From Candidatus Thorarchaeota archaeon (GTDB taxonomy: Archaea > Asgardarchaeota > Thorarchaeia > Thorarchaeales > Thorarchaeaceae): 60,401 nucleotides of DNA. The position numbers and the translations under genes were made by a program. Shown one piece after another: positions 16,013-26,809 of the stretch. The notes beneath the pieces are model-generated. The model did not search any database. It was not told the origin of the DNA and saw nothing but the letters and a program-made list of their open reading frames with translations. How positions within the stretch are numbered: the first letter of the stretch is position 1; each line of letters begins with the position of its first letter. The DNA lies in NCBI GenBank assembly GCA_016933575.1, contig JAFGAR010000015.1:1-60401 (forward strand). The letters are read 5' to 3'.

Positions 16013-17221
16013 ATGAATGTTGAACCGCACTATTGGTTGGATCCAATGAAGAATAAATTCGAAATTAATATTGAGTCTATTATGGAAGCTAATGGAACAA
16101 CATATGTCACTATCAACAAACCGGTGGTTAAACCAACTAGTGGTGGCCAAGCAGGAGACCGGGGCTTCCTAGAAATCGGGGATAAAAGATACGAGTTCAC
16201 TAACACAGCTAACTACAATAATGCAACTGCACTTGTTATGAAGATGGTCCCAAAGAACAAGGGACCTGCAATACTTCATATCGATATGAATTGGCGTTTC
16301 TCAATGATGAGACACCATACATCAGAACACATCTTTGTTGGTATTCTGAAACAGAAATATCCAGAAACCAATCTTGGTCGTATCTGGATAGATGGTGACC
16401 ATGGCACAATTATCCTTGAGGGAGGACTATTATCCTATGACCAGACTCTTGAAGCTGAAGCTGATGTTCAGGAACATATCAGAGAAGCAATTCCTGTAAC
16501 TACAGAATTGGTAAAAGCAGAAGATATCGATGAAACGATAAGAGCACGCGAGGGAATCACATCTAAGCACAATGTTCTACGAATTGTAAAGGTAGGAGAA
16601 CTAGATAGTTCTGCATGCTCTGGTATCCATGTGACAAACACAAGTGAAATCCAAATTTTCAAGGTTATTGATATCAAGCATCAAGAAAATAACACGTATA
16701 TCGAGTTTATCTCAGGTCCAAAAGCTATCAAAGCTCTGTGTCATGCCTATAATCTTGCACTTGTTAGAAAACATGATTATCCATTTGAAATAGAACAACT
16801 TGGAGCGATCCTTGATAAAGCAAAGAGTGTTCAGGCTTCTTTCAATCTGCTAGTCGGAAAGGTGCAACAATTAATGACTCAAGGGCCTCAGAGAGAGCAA
16901 ATAGGTGAAATCGAATTCTGGCACGAATTCCTTCCCGGACTTGATTCCAATAGCCTCCGCCAGTTACTCAAAGAAATTAAGATAGACCAACCATCAATAG
17001 TCCTCTTTTTTGCACCAGGAGTAAAATCAAATCTTGTTCTTTGGACGAATGCAATGCCGGAGGACGCATCGTACTATATCAAAGAGAAAGTAGTAGAGCT
17101 AGGCGGGCGCGGAGGAGGAAGTAGAGACTCTTATACAGGAGGATTTACTGATGTTGAGGAACCTGAAATCCTCTATGAGAGAATAGTAAACTATGTTAGA
17201 GATAGGATACTGGAGAGATGA
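16013..17221 (+). CDS. alaX: Alanyl-tRNA editing protein AlaX-L (with DHHA1 domain)
   Basis: GGQAGDRG, HHTSEH (HxxxH), CSGIH (CxxxH), C-terminal GGRGGG. Confidence 0.9.
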   Translation: MNVEPHYWLDPMKNKFEINIESIMEANGTTYVTINKPVVKPTSGGQAGDRGFLEIGDKRYEFTNTANYNNATALVMKMVPKNKGPAILHIDMNWRFSMMRHHTSEHIFVGILKQKYPETNLGRIWIDGDHGTIILEGGLLSYDQTLEAEADVQEHIREAIPVTTELVKAEDIDETIRAREGITSKHNVLRIVKVGELDSSACSGIHVTNTSEIQIFKVIDIKHQENNTYIEFISGPKAIKALCHAYNLALVRKHDYPFEIEQLGAILDKAKSVQASFNLLVGKVQQLMTQGPQREQIGEIEFWHEFLPGLDSNSLRQLLKEIKIDQPSIVLFFAPGVKSNLVLWTNAMPEDASYYIKEKVVELGGRGGGSRDSYTGGFTDVEEPEILYERIVNYVRDRILER

Positions 17222-17243
17222 ATATAGATTGGATGCAATTGAT

Positions 17244-17699
17244 TTATACAAGTTTGTGTTTCTTAGCAATCTCAGTCCAGAATTTTTTCACAGCCCAAGG
17301 AACTGCTAGGAACTCCTCTCTGAAACCATCAAAATTCAGACCTTGAATCATCATCTCCTGAGAGGTGCCAATCGTCTTCCGTGATTCATCAAAATCAAAA
17401 CAGACCTCAGCATAGGTTCGATTGGTTTTAAGGAGGTCAAGAAAGACATCTTGCCTCTTATCAGTAGGTATTTGGTCAATCGGATAAACATCAGCATATA
17501 TCTGAATCCACCGTTCACCCGGCTTGATAGTGATTGTGTACTTGAATGTTGAATCATCATCTACTGCTCCAGGAGTGTAATTCTTCGCATCTTTTCGTTC
17601 ATTAAACAAGAGACTGAATGAACCCGTCTTTTCATCCCAGGTGAACTTCATATCTAATAGACTCAAGTAATCTTCAATTTGCCTCCTCGTATCAACCAT
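17244..17699 (-). CDS. YbjN-like / T3SS-chaperone-fold protein
   Basis: 151 aa with an alpha-beta pattern and FLDLLKTNRTYAEVCFDFDE. Confidence 0.6.
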   Translation of the reverse strand: MVDTRRQIEDYLSLLDMKFTWDEKTGSFSLLFNERKDAKNYTPGAVDDDSTFKYTITIKPGERWIQIYADVYPIDQIPTDKRQDVFLDLLKTNRTYAEVCFDFDESRKTIGTSQEMMIQGLNFDGFREEFLAVPWAVKKFWTEIAKKHKLV

Positions 17700-17761
17700 A
17701 GCGCGATACCTCTAGATTAGAGTCAAGGACCTCTGATTTAAGCATTTGCGACACATTGTAC

Positions 17762-19366
17762 TCAAGGAGTCGTATAGAAAGTAGTTCTCTCCCAATCGAT
17801 ATGGTAGACTCTCATACTGTCGCGTCCGCAGATGACATTATCTTCCAATTCTACGGTGTAAAGAATCTGAATTGCACTTCCAGGGAAGAACCTATAGTAA
17901 TAGACAAACAGTTCAGGAAAGAACACTATGTAATTACATCCATGTTCATACAAGTACTTCATACGGTAATAGTCAGTCATATTTCCATGAATTATGTCAG
18001 GACTAACAAGACCAGCCAAATCAATCATAGTTCTATTTGAGAAGAAACGTAAGGCTCCTGCATCATGGGTCGCAAAGACAGCATCAGGAGGTGTGTTATC
18101 AGCAAGCCACTTTCCAATTTCGACTTGCATATCATTGATATTACCAGCGGCTTTTCCGTAGAATATAGCTTGATTTGAATAACTAGGAATCAATGGGACA
18201 ATGATAAGGAATGCTATCATCAGAACACCAATTGTGTTCAGAGTTACATCGTCACGGATTTGTATGATTGCGATGAATACTAAACGAAAGAAAATTGCTG
18301 CTGAAGCAATTGCCGCGATAAGGAATAAATCGAAAACAGGTAATAGGTACCTATTGTTATTGATAAGGGCTGCATAGGGCGTAGATAGACGGTAGAGAAC
18401 GGTGAGGGAAACAGGTAGAAGCCATGCAAAGGGCTTTCCCTTGGCAATGAGAATAATTCCAAGAAATGCACCAACTGGAAGGAAAAATAGCTCTCGAATA
18501 AAATATGACCAGAAGATGTCCCAAGTCTCGATCTCGAACGCTGTTGGTTCATGTACTTTAGCATAGAACGTATCTGGCAATGGATAACCTGTTACGTTCA
18601 GACAATGTAGTATCCATGGTGCAGCAACTGCCAATGCAATGAGACCGGATAATACCAAGGTTCCAAATCTTTTCAATGAGACCTCCCGCTTGGCAGTCAA
18701 CATGGCAAAGCGAATTGGTATGCATAGTGCTACAATGATACCTTCAGGCCGTGATAGAAATGCAAGACCAGCAAGCACTCCGAGAACAAGGTCGTATTTC
18801 ATCTCCTGTTTATCAAGAATGACTATGGAGAGTAGGAGAATAAAAACAAAGAGAGGAGTTTCCATACCTGATAACATTAACCATGTGTTACGTGGCACAA
18901 CGACAAATGCAATAATGGCTACGATACCCCATTGTGCACTCTCAAGGTAAGTCGTTACTATTCGCCCAGCAAGGCATGTTGACCCAAAATAGAAGATTAT
19001 AGAAACAACATATGTACCCCAAACAATTCCGATTGGATCTGTGGTGAAGAAAAAGACACTGACAAGAATTATTGACCAAAGCGGACTTGTTGAGCCTGTG
19101 CTTGGATACCCGGGGGAATATTCCCAAGGTGTTCCTTCAAAAATAGTCCGTGCAAATTGAACATGAATCCATGAATCATCAAGGGTAAGACCAGGAGCTG
19201 ATATTGCCAGCATTGTGGAAAGATAGTAAATGCACGAAACTAGAGTAGCAATTAGAGCTGAGAGAAGGAGGATAACATCCGTCTGATGTTGTCTGATGAA
19301 TGTGTGAACCAAAGACTCCACTGATTTACCTTCTTCATTCTCAAGACCAGTGTTATGCTCTGTCAT
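17762..19366 (-). CDS. GT-C fold membrane glycosyltransferase (ArnT/PMT-like)
   Basis: LDDSWIH, GSTSPLW, SGMETPL, RPEG, DAGALRFF; multi-TM. Confidence 0.82.
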   Translation of the reverse strand: MTEHNTGLENEEGKSVESLVHTFIRQHQTDVILLLSALIATLVSCIYYLSTMLAISAPGLTLDDSWIHVQFARTIFEGTPWEYSPGYPSTGSTSPLWSIILVSVFFFTTDPIGIVWGTYVVSIIFYFGSTCLAGRIVTTYLESAQWGIVAIIAFVVVPRNTWLMLSGMETPLFVFILLLSIVILDKQEMKYDLVLGVLAGLAFLSRPEGIIVALCIPIRFAMLTAKREVSLKRFGTLVLSGLIALAVAAPWILHCLNVTGYPLPDTFYAKVHEPTAFEIETWDIFWSYFIRELFFLPVGAFLGIILIAKGKPFAWLLPVSLTVLYRLSTPYAALINNNRYLLPVFDLFLIAAIASAAIFFRLVFIAIIQIRDDVTLNTIGVLMIAFLIIVPLIPSYSNQAIFYGKAAGNINDMQVEIGKWLADNTPPDAVFATHDAGALRFFSNRTMIDLAGLVSPDIIHGNMTDYYRMKYLYEHGCNYIVFFPELFVYYYRFFPGSAIQILYTVELEDNVICGRDSMRVYHIDWERTTFYTTP

Positions 19367-19545
19367 CAGGCTTCAAGTTCTCAGAATTCAGTCGGGTATA
19401 TTTGTTTTCTCTGACGCATTTACTTTCGGATATCCCTCTCACCTCTCTTGTTGTTCGTTCTATCGTAGTCAGCTTGGAGAGAAGCAACTTAGCAGAGTAA
19501 AACACCAATCTAGTGAGGTCCACCTTCACCCGGGGGTATCAACAG

Positions 19546-20706
19546 ATGGCACTTCACCAAGTTCCAACGACTCAGATTCAATTTATACAACCATCTATTA
19601 ATAGACAGATTACAGCCTTCTCTCCACCAGGATTGAATATTGAGGCGGCGAAATATCCGATTTTAATTGCAAGTATTCTAGCCTCTACTGAGCCTTTAGA
19701 GTATCTCTCCATTTTCGATCATCCTGAAGCTTGGGGTGGTCTTGACAGAGAAGCAATTCTCTCAATGAGACGGCGATTGTACAGATTTTCAGTACCTATT
19801 GATGCAAGAGCAATGGAACCTTCCGATATTGTTGAAACATTACAAACTATTGCATTATCTGTTAGTCCAGTAGCAATTGAGACTGAAGCAGGTACTCTGC
19901 CACAGCAAAGACTCAATCCATTAGGAGGGCAGCTACCAGCTTCTCCTGAAATTAGAGTCAAATCCTTTGATATAATCTCTGAACCCGAGATAAGTCGAGT
20001 AGCTAAAAGAATCACAGAGTGCGATATCCCCGCATCAGAAGCAGCTTGGAAATTATTTGATTATGAATACACCCTTGATCAAGTAGCCAGATTGATGTCA
20101 GTGGGGTTACTTGGAAGAATGGACAGTCGGAGATTTGTTCCAACTCGAGGGGCTTACAAGGCTGTTATTGATGCTTTTGTCAATCGTTGCCTTATGGAAC
20201 TTCTTGAACAACCAATTACATCATCATATAGTCTTGCTACTGCAGAACTATTTGGAGAAAATTTCACAATCCTTGCTCAGCCTGGAGAACCTCGTGTAGA
20301 TTACCTTAGGATTGAGAGAACAGAAAATGGTCTCGAGCGAGGCGTAAGCCTTGAAGGTATAAAGAATATCACAATAGATTCGAAGACTTCAGTATTTTCA
20401 GATCACGTACGATTTGTATCCTATGAATATCTATTGAAAAGAGAGGAAACATCTCATCTTACGGTCTTTCACTTTTCAAGAAGTAGCAATAATAGTATCT
20501 TTGGTCCTTGGTTAGCCCGTGCAGGTGTTAAAATGGCTCTTGACACTGGACTGGTCGAGTTAGATAACCGGGAGAATGCATTGGCAGTACTAAAATCGTT
20601 TCTAGCTCCTGACATATCAGTTTGGACACAAGAAGATACACTGTTCGATGGGTATAGTGGTGCTTTCAGAATTATAGAGAATAGCTCTCCGAGAACACAA
20701 TTATAA
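19546..20706 (+). CDS. Divergent Nre-family DNA repair protein
   Basis: LMSVGLLGRMDSRRFVPTR...AVID resembles the Nre LGxxRxLVPTRWSITAVD motif. Likely start 19546 (ORF track 19513). Confidence 0.7.
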   Translation: MALHQVPTTQIQFIQPSINRQITAFSPPGLNIEAAKYPILIASILASTEPLEYLSIFDHPEAWGGLDREAILSMRRRLYRFSVPIDARAMEPSDIVETLQTIALSVSPVAIETEAGTLPQQRLNPLGGQLPASPEIRVKSFDIISEPEISRVAKRITECDIPASEAAWKLFDYEYTLDQVARLMSVGLLGRMDSRRFVPTRGAYKAVIDAFVNRCLMELLEQPITSSYSLATAELFGENFTILAQPGEPRVDYLRIERTENGLERGVSLEGIKNITIDSKTSVFSDHVRFVSYEYLLKREETSHLTVFHFSRSSNNSIFGPWLARAGVKMALDTGLVELDNRENALAVLKSFLAPDISVWTQEDTLFDGYSGAFRIIENSSPRTQL

Positions 20707-20719
20707 AATAAAAAAGGAG

Positions 20720-20739
20720 AGTGTAGGAAGACCTACACT
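20720..20739. terminator. Hairpin between convergent genes
   Basis: AGTGTAGG-aaga-CCTACACT, flanked by A- and T-rich tracts. Confidence 0.5.
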
Positions 20740-21734
20740 TTCTCTTTTGCTTCTTTTCCAGAGGCTGCCTTGTAAATGAGAATAAGACCAAGGATGGAAA
20801 GTAAGCCGCCAGACACTGCTCCTCCACCGACTAAGGTATCGGGTCCCAAAGTGAGACCTGAGAGTAAAGCTCTCAAATCGAAAATATTGAAAGCAATCAA
20901 AATCAATCCGATTCCGAGCAAGAGCATTATCAGACCTATTCCGATTCCACCAGCACGGAATGACATTGACCTTGGATATTGACTTTCAATCACATAGCCA
21001 GTTGGTGCAGATACTGATGCTTTGTATTTCTTGTTGCCATACCGGTATGCAAGTTCCCATACAGGAACATGCACCAAGTAAGTCTCACCAACATCAATAT
21101 CATCATTCCTAGACTCAATCTTGCTTACTTCTTGAAGAACAAGTCTTGTTTGCCTGTCGAAAGCTATCTGACGAGCGGTCACTCGGGCTTGCTCTTCACT
21201 AATATTGCTATGGAGTACCTTGCCATCGAATTCTTCTGCATGGGCATGGCTAAAGTATTCCTTTGCACGGGTTGGTATAGGGTGATTACGAATATCCGAA
21301 TCGATATCCTTTACACCAGCAATGTTGATCTCATGCCTTCTAGTGAACTGGCCTGATTCTGGTTTCCAGAAGAAGTCAATTCGCTTGTAGGCGCCTGGTC
21401 GTTGTGGCCATTCATTGTAGAAATTGGCATCACGACCCATACCATGATAGTCTGTGCGAGCATCAACACGACTTATCCAGAACGGATACCAGACCTGTTG
21501 ATACTCAATAAACTGAGCGGCAACAGGAAGATCTTGTGGTGCTCCAAGTTGTTTTGATACCCAATCGAGTAGGGTTGTCTGAGCTTGATGTTGATCAAAA
21601 TGAACACGAATCATATAGTGGTCCTTGAACTTTATTCCTTCTGTGGTCTGAGCAGTACCGCAGTATGGACAGATTAAAAGAACATCTCCGGGACCAGTTT
21701 CAAAGTTCGCATCGCAAAAAGCACATTTCGCCAT
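20733..21734 (-). CDS. Double zinc-ribbon membrane protein (paralog of 21739..22779)
   Basis: CAFC/CPYC, WYPFW, VHVPVW..YRY, two C-terminal TM helices. Confidence 0.75.
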   Translation of the reverse strand: MAKCAFCDANFETGPGDVLLICPYCGTAQTTEGIKFKDHYMIRVHFDQHQAQTTLLDWVSKQLGAPQDLPVAAQFIEYQQVWYPFWISRVDARTDYHGMGRDANFYNEWPQRPGAYKRIDFFWKPESGQFTRRHEINIAGVKDIDSDIRNHPIPTRAKEYFSHAHAEEFDGKVLHSNISEEQARVTARQIAFDRQTRLVLQEVSKIESRNDDIDVGETYLVHVPVWELAYRYGNKKYKASVSAPTGYVIESQYPRSMSFRAGGIGIGLIMLLLGIGLILIAFNIFDLRALLSGLTLGPDTLVGGGAVSGGLLSILGLILIYKAASGKEAKEKV

Positions 21735-21738
21735 TTAA

Positions 21739-22779
21739 TCACCCCTTCTTCACTCGCTCGGTCATAATCAACACCCGAAATCCCATGAAAGTCATTACTA
21801 GACCGATAACAAGAGCTGCAATTCCAACAAAGAACATCACGGTGATATCTTCAGTGGAAATAAGATTCAAGTATGTGAATTCTCCACCAATACCTGCAAG
21901 AATTAAGCCTATGAGACTCATGAGGGTCCAAAGGATACGTTGTCCTCGTGTTATCGGAATCTCACCAAGAACCACGTTTCCAGTATGCCCATCAATCGCG
22001 GTCTTGTAGAGGTGTCCTTGGAACTTGTACCGAATTAGAGAGAATGGAGCCTGTAGATAGGTTGTCCCTCGTACCGAGGTGTTAGTCCTACAGTCAAACA
22101 GCTCAGCAAGTCCGCTTGCTGCCTGCGCTCGGTGATTGTCTGCTACCCTTCCATGGATAGTCTTCTCGAATTCCTCCTGGCCAATCTCTGCATTAAGCAT
22201 AATTGGTTCAAGATCCTTTATTCTCTCAAAGTTATACGGTATTGTGTTTTCAATCTTAACCTTTGAAAGATAGTCTTCGAGACCGTAGAATCGAGCTCCC
22301 TTTCTTGCGAGTAGGTGCTCGTCAGTATCAGTATGGAGTTCACTCTGGACTGGAACATACCCAGTTTCATAATCAGTGTATGTTTCAGTTCGCGTATTCC
22401 CATCTGAGTCTCTAACGGTTCGAGTCTTCTGAACGGGTACTTGTACAGTCTTGTAACCCTTGTAGTAGGAATCAGCCTTGACCTTTGCAGTCCAGATTGG
22501 CACGAAGATCAATCGATTCTCAACAATCTGTGCACCTTGGACCAAGGACTTGTTCATCCCTTTGTTCTTATCCAAGAATTTTCGGAACCCGCTGACTCTT
22601 GTATCAGAATCAACTGCGGGTTCCATTAGATGGTCACCGATTGCTTTTCCTTCTATTGTGCTAGCACTTCCACAATAAGTACAAGTGATTACAACATCGT
22701 CAGGTCCCGTTTTTACGTTGCCATTACACACCGGACACTTGAACATGTCCGCTGTCTGTGCTTCAGAACCCATTTTCAA
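21739..22779 (-). CDS. Double zinc-ribbon membrane protein
   Basis: CPVC/CTYC, FVPIW, IDGHTGNVV.GEIP, two C-terminal TM helices. Confidence 0.75.
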   Translation of the reverse strand: MKMGSEAQTADMFKCPVCNGNVKTGPDDVVITCTYCGSASTIEGKAIGDHLMEPAVDSDTRVSGFRKFLDKNKGMNKSLVQGAQIVENRLIFVPIWTAKVKADSYYKGYKTVQVPVQKTRTVRDSDGNTRTETYTDYETGYVPVQSELHTDTDEHLLARKGARFYGLEDYLSKVKIENTIPYNFERIKDLEPIMLNAEIGQEEFEKTIHGRVADNHRAQAASGLAELFDCRTNTSVRGTTYLQAPFSLIRYKFQGHLYKTAIDGHTGNVVLGEIPITRGQRILWTLMSLIGLILAGIGGEFTYLNLISTEDITVMFFVGIAALVIGLVMTFMGFRVLIMTERVKKG

Positions 22780-22873
22780 ACTCTCCAGAGTCTGTATCTA
22801 GACGAAAAATGATATCGAGTTCTATTTAGGGTTGCGGTGATTAATATCTATCAAGAATAGTATAGGACAGCAT

Positions 22874-23563
22874 TCATAACCACTCTTGTGACTGTGTTTT
22901 TTGTATACCATCTTCGATTACAAATCTCACTTGTTCTTTGTAGAAGATGGCTACAAGTAGTACTGATTCCACTAAACTGAGAATAACGTTAAGTACTCGC
23001 GATAAGATAAAACCTTCAAGTGGCAAAAGAGAAACGATCACTATATTCGTGAATATGCCTAGAAACATCGAAAGAAGTACAATCAATATGTAGTATTTTA
23101 ATTTCAGACTGCTTTCTACTAGTCTAACTATCGACAACAGAATCCAAACGAGGATTAGAGTTCTTGTTATACCTATAGCGTATGAAACGAATTGATAGAT
23201 GATAGAAGGAAGAAATGGATAGAGAAGTGATACATTAAAAGCGTAGGAACTCAATGAGATGAAGACATAAGGCAATGCTAATTTGCTACCATATTTTCTC
23301 AGTAACGCAAAGAATCCAATATTGACAAAGATTACACTTGTGAAAAAGAAATAGGTCAATAGTATATGGAGTTCAATGTAGGTTGAATAATCAATCAATG
23401 CTAACATGAAAGAAATATAGATAGAATTCGATAAGGTTGTGTTAATAAATACTAAAACAGCACCAAAGATACCCACTTTGAAACTCATCTGCAGCATTGG
23501 TTCTTCAGTTGCAGCTATTTCAGGTTGTATTTCTTCTCTCCACAAAATTATATCCCCAATCAA
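22874..23563 (-). CDS. Polytopic membrane protein
   Basis: About 6 hydrophobic helices; GFFALLRKYGSK is shared with 24420..25241. Start uncertain. Confidence 0.65.
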   Translation of the reverse strand: MIGDIILWREEIQPEIAATEEPMLQMSFKVGIFGAVLVFINTTLSNSIYISFMLALIDYSTYIELHILLTYFFFTSVIFVNIGFFALLRKYGSKLALPYVFISLSSYAFNVSLLYPFLPSIIYQFVSYAIGITRTLILVWILLSIVRLVESSLKLKYYILIVLLSMFLGIFTNIVIVSLLPLEGFILSRVLNVILSLVESVLLVAIFYKEQVRFVIEDGIQKTQSQEWL

Positions 23564-23625
23564 GCACTATGTTCGAAATGTTTAATGAAATCACATAAAC
23601 AATTCGTTCTCTAAATTTGATATAA

Positions 23626-24414
23626 TCATTCTTTCAACTTGCGAATTCCCAGAGCAAACCCAATAAGATTGAATTCCACATGTAGAATAATAGAAGGCAA
23701 GAGGCTTCCTGAGTAGGTCAGAAAAATACCCGCGACAAGACCTAGTATGAATGCTGAGCCCATAAGTACAAATATCGAACCACCCATCTGTTTTGCAGGT
23801 GCTATGTGGACCAGACTGAAGAGTAACGCGGAAACTAGAGCTCCTGCAGTGAGAGAAAAGAGACCAAAGTCAATCGATAATAGTAATGTTCTATCCAAAA
23901 TGCTCTGAAAGAATCCACGAAATAGTACCTCTTCAGAAACACTTGCAAGGATAACAATGACGAAGAAGAATACAATTCTTTCTCGAGTGGCGGATGGTGG
24001 ATTCATTTTTTGAGGTGTTGGAGATAGGCGTTCACTCAATCCTACTGTGATAGCAGCTATTGTCAAACCAACTATACTTAGAAGACTCAGGGTCTCATAT
24101 GGAACCAGTTGAAATCCCCAGAGATCAAGCTGGGTACTTCCAAACATGAAAATTGCGGCTAACGATAGTAGGAGAACAATAGGGCTTACAATAATACTAG
24201 ACATCCATGGATTGACTAATGCCACATTTGCCTCACTACCTTTTCGCTTAGTAATCATCACCATAATGGAAAATGCGACAAAATAGATTGCCATGGAGAC
24301 TGCAAGCCCGATTCCTAAAGCAATGAACCACTCTATCAATGCAGACTCCTCATTTGTTTGCTGATGCAAACCTCCTGATATGCTATATGTTTGAAGCGTT
24401 GAGGATCTGTTCAA
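23626..24414 (-). CDS. CPBP (CAAX protease/Abi) intramembrane metalloprotease
   Basis: EEVLFRG, FSLVH, LHVEFN motifs. Confidence 0.9.
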   Translation of the reverse strand: MNRSSTLQTYSISGGLHQQTNEESALIEWFIALGIGLAVSMAIYFVAFSIMVMITKRKGSEANVALVNPWMSSIIVSPIVLLLSLAAIFMFGSTQLDLWGFQLVPYETLSLLSIVGLTIAAITVGLSERLSPTPQKMNPPSATRERIVFFFVIVILASVSEEVLFRGFFQSILDRTLLLSIDFGLFSLTAGALVSALLFSLVHIAPAKQMGGSIFVLMGSAFILGLVAGIFLTYSGSLLPSIILHVEFNLIGFALGIRKLKE

Positions 24415-24419
24415 ACCAT

Positions 24420-25241
24420 CTATGAAATAGGAAGAATAGATTCATCATTGCGAAGTTCGTTGATAAACAATAATAGCGTCAGTATGAAGGTTAGGATGGG
24501 TATCAGGATAAGTGGATAATAGAATTGGGCATTTAGAAAATAGTGTACTGTATATTCGTAATATGAGAACAAGACAATAGTTACTGACGCCTGATATGGC
24601 AACGTGATAATTGGCCATAATAGGTTGAATAATGGAGAGAAGAATATCATTATCGATGCAAGAGTCAGAAGAAGAGTGCTCGAAGTCGTATTTCGAGTCT
24701 TCAAAAGAATTGCAGCTAAACCGATTTTTGCGAGAATAGATCCGTACTCATAAATAAAATGTAAAAGTTTCGGGTCACTAAGAAACGGAGGAAAACTGCT
24801 AACAAATGATAGTAATAGGTAGACAATATCATCGAATGACATTAAGACAAAGACAATACTAAACTTACTTCCAGTCTTTGAGAGATACCCGTAATAACCC
24901 GTAGCTACTAGACAAGATATTTGAAAATCCCAGGAATGAATTGTATTGAATAACTCATTACTTTGAGTGATTATATCATGGTCTGCAGCAAGAACACCTT
25001 CAATGAACAAGGGATATGTTGCCCAATATGCAAAAATAACCATAATTGCAGCAACAAGACCAATAATCCCTAATGAGAGACAAAATCTGTAGATTCTACG
25101 ACCTGTTATAGGTTGAATTATGTGAATTATTTCATCTCCTCGATCTGACAACTGAACAGCCTCGAAGAGAAGCTTGCAGAAATGGACTTTAAATGAACTT
25201 ACAGTTATAGAACTGCACGTGTACAAGGGTCTCACAATCAC
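24420..25241 (-). CDS. Polytopic membrane protein
   Basis: Multi-TM; GYYGYLSKTGSK. Start uncertain. Confidence 0.6.
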   Translation of the reverse strand: MIVRPLYTCSSITVSSFKVHFCKLLFEAVQLSDRGDEIIHIIQPITGRRIYRFCLSLGIIGLVAAIMVIFAYWATYPLFIEGVLAADHDIITQSNELFNTIHSWDFQISCLVATGYYGYLSKTGSKFSIVFVLMSFDDIVYLLLSFVSSFPPFLSDPKLLHFIYEYGSILAKIGLAAILLKTRNTTSSTLLLTLASIMIFFSPLFNLLWPIITLPYQASVTIVLFSYYEYTVHYFLNAQFYYPLILIPILTFILTLLLFINELRNDESILPIS

Positions 25242-25280
25242 ATGATTGAAATATGAAACCCTTGCATCCGAACCATCTGT

Positions 25281-26429
25281 CTATTTTCGGATATCATCCC
25301 TGAGTCGTGAGGCTGAGAAATCTTCAACTCTATCCTTGACCTCTTCTCGAGCAGCTTGATGCTTTTCAAGAAACTCCATCATCATAGGTGCTAGAATCTG
25401 TTTACATTCTCCGCATAGAATCTCACCAGAACGGCATTTATGTTCAATATCAGCAAGATCCTTGTTATCGGGCATGAAGAGGAAGTTGTAGTATTTGAAA
25501 ACACTACATATATCGGGATTTGCACCTAGCCTGCGTTGTTCTTCGACTGTCGTTCTACCACCAGTGAAAGCAGCCATGACCTTTTTCTTTGCAGCCTTGG
25601 GGGTATCAGTTGTGAACACTGCTGACATTGGATCTGATGCAGACATCTTGCCACCTTCTTTCAGACCAGGGACAAACATGCATTGGATGCTCGCAGGTTT
25701 ATAGTAGCCAAGCTTCTCAGCAACATCTCTGGTAACTCTCCAGAAGGGATCTTGGTCAATTGCGCATGGAATGATACAAGGTGTATTACGTCCATATATC
25801 CAAGAGTGTAAGAATGCTGGCACTGCTTGAATTGCAGGATGCCAGATTGATCCAATATTAGTACTATTATCGAATCCGAAGGTAGCCTTCACAGTTGAGA
25901 ATGTCACTTTTCTGGCAACTTCTACAGCTATCTCATAGAGGAGACCAATATGCTCGATATCTTGGATGATGTAGGTATCCTCCGGATTGAATCCGAGAGC
26001 CAACAGGTCGAGTGTGTTCTCGTAAGTATACCGTTTGACATCCTCAAGACTGAGATGAGCATTGAAGAAGTACTTCTCATCATTGGTCATCTGAAAGTAG
26101 AGCCGAGTCTTCATTCGGTCCTGAAACCATTTTGTGAACATCCAAGGAACAAGATGGCCAATGTGTGTGTGCCCACTTGGACCCCTTCCAGTGTAAATGA
26201 TAAAGGGATTCTTTTTCTCGTATTCATTCAAAACCCAATCAAGGTCTCTATGGGAGAAGAATAGATCTCGCTCAAGCAAGAAATGTCTATCACCGGCGAT
26301 TTTATAGATCCGCTCCTTCAATTTCTTATTGATCCGTTGTGTGCCAAACTCCTCAATCAACCGATCATAATCGAGAATCCCACGGACTTCGAACGGGGTA
26401 ACTATCATTTCGTCTTTTTCATCACTCAT
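25281..26429 (-). CDS. trpS: Tryptophan--tRNA ligase
   Basis: YTGRGPSG..HIGH, AIDQDP, KMSAS, CGECK. Confidence 0.97.
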   Translation of the reverse strand: MSDEKDEMIVTPFEVRGILDYDRLIEEFGTQRINKKLKERIYKIAGDRHFLLERDLFFSHRDLDWVLNEYEKKNPFIIYTGRGPSGHTHIGHLVPWMFTKWFQDRMKTRLYFQMTNDEKYFFNAHLSLEDVKRYTYENTLDLLALGFNPEDTYIIQDIEHIGLLYEIAVEVARKVTFSTVKATFGFDNSTNIGSIWHPAIQAVPAFLHSWIYGRNTPCIIPCAIDQDPFWRVTRDVAEKLGYYKPASIQCMFVPGLKEGGKMSASDPMSAVFTTDTPKAAKKKVMAAFTGGRTTVEEQRRLGANPDICSVFKYYNFLFMPDNKDLADIEHKCRSGEILCGECKQILAPMMMEFLEKHQAAREEVKDRVEDFSASRLRDDIRK

Positions 26430-26809
26430 TCGAGTGTCACCTTGGATGATTCACTGATTTCGAATCAGTATGAATAGGCAATTTTCCATTGCAATTAAGC
26501 GTGATGGTGGTCATAGAAGGAGCATTTTCACTCTCATAAGCTAAGTGTCCAATTCTATCAGCTTGCCTAGTTTCTTGTATTCTCGGATTTCGTGCTCTAA
26601 GATACATATTTCGAAAGCGTGAGATTGCACTAATTCCTTATAGTCCTGGTGAGATTTCAAGAACTTCTAATATCATCACATCTGAGGAAAGTCTACCTCT
26701 GTCTATTGTAACAATAGATGGAGGAAATTGCAATTTAGCAAAACAGTTACTCTAAAAAGGGTAAATTATAGAATCCGAGTAACTGCAATAGGCCTAGGAA
26801 GTCAGGATT

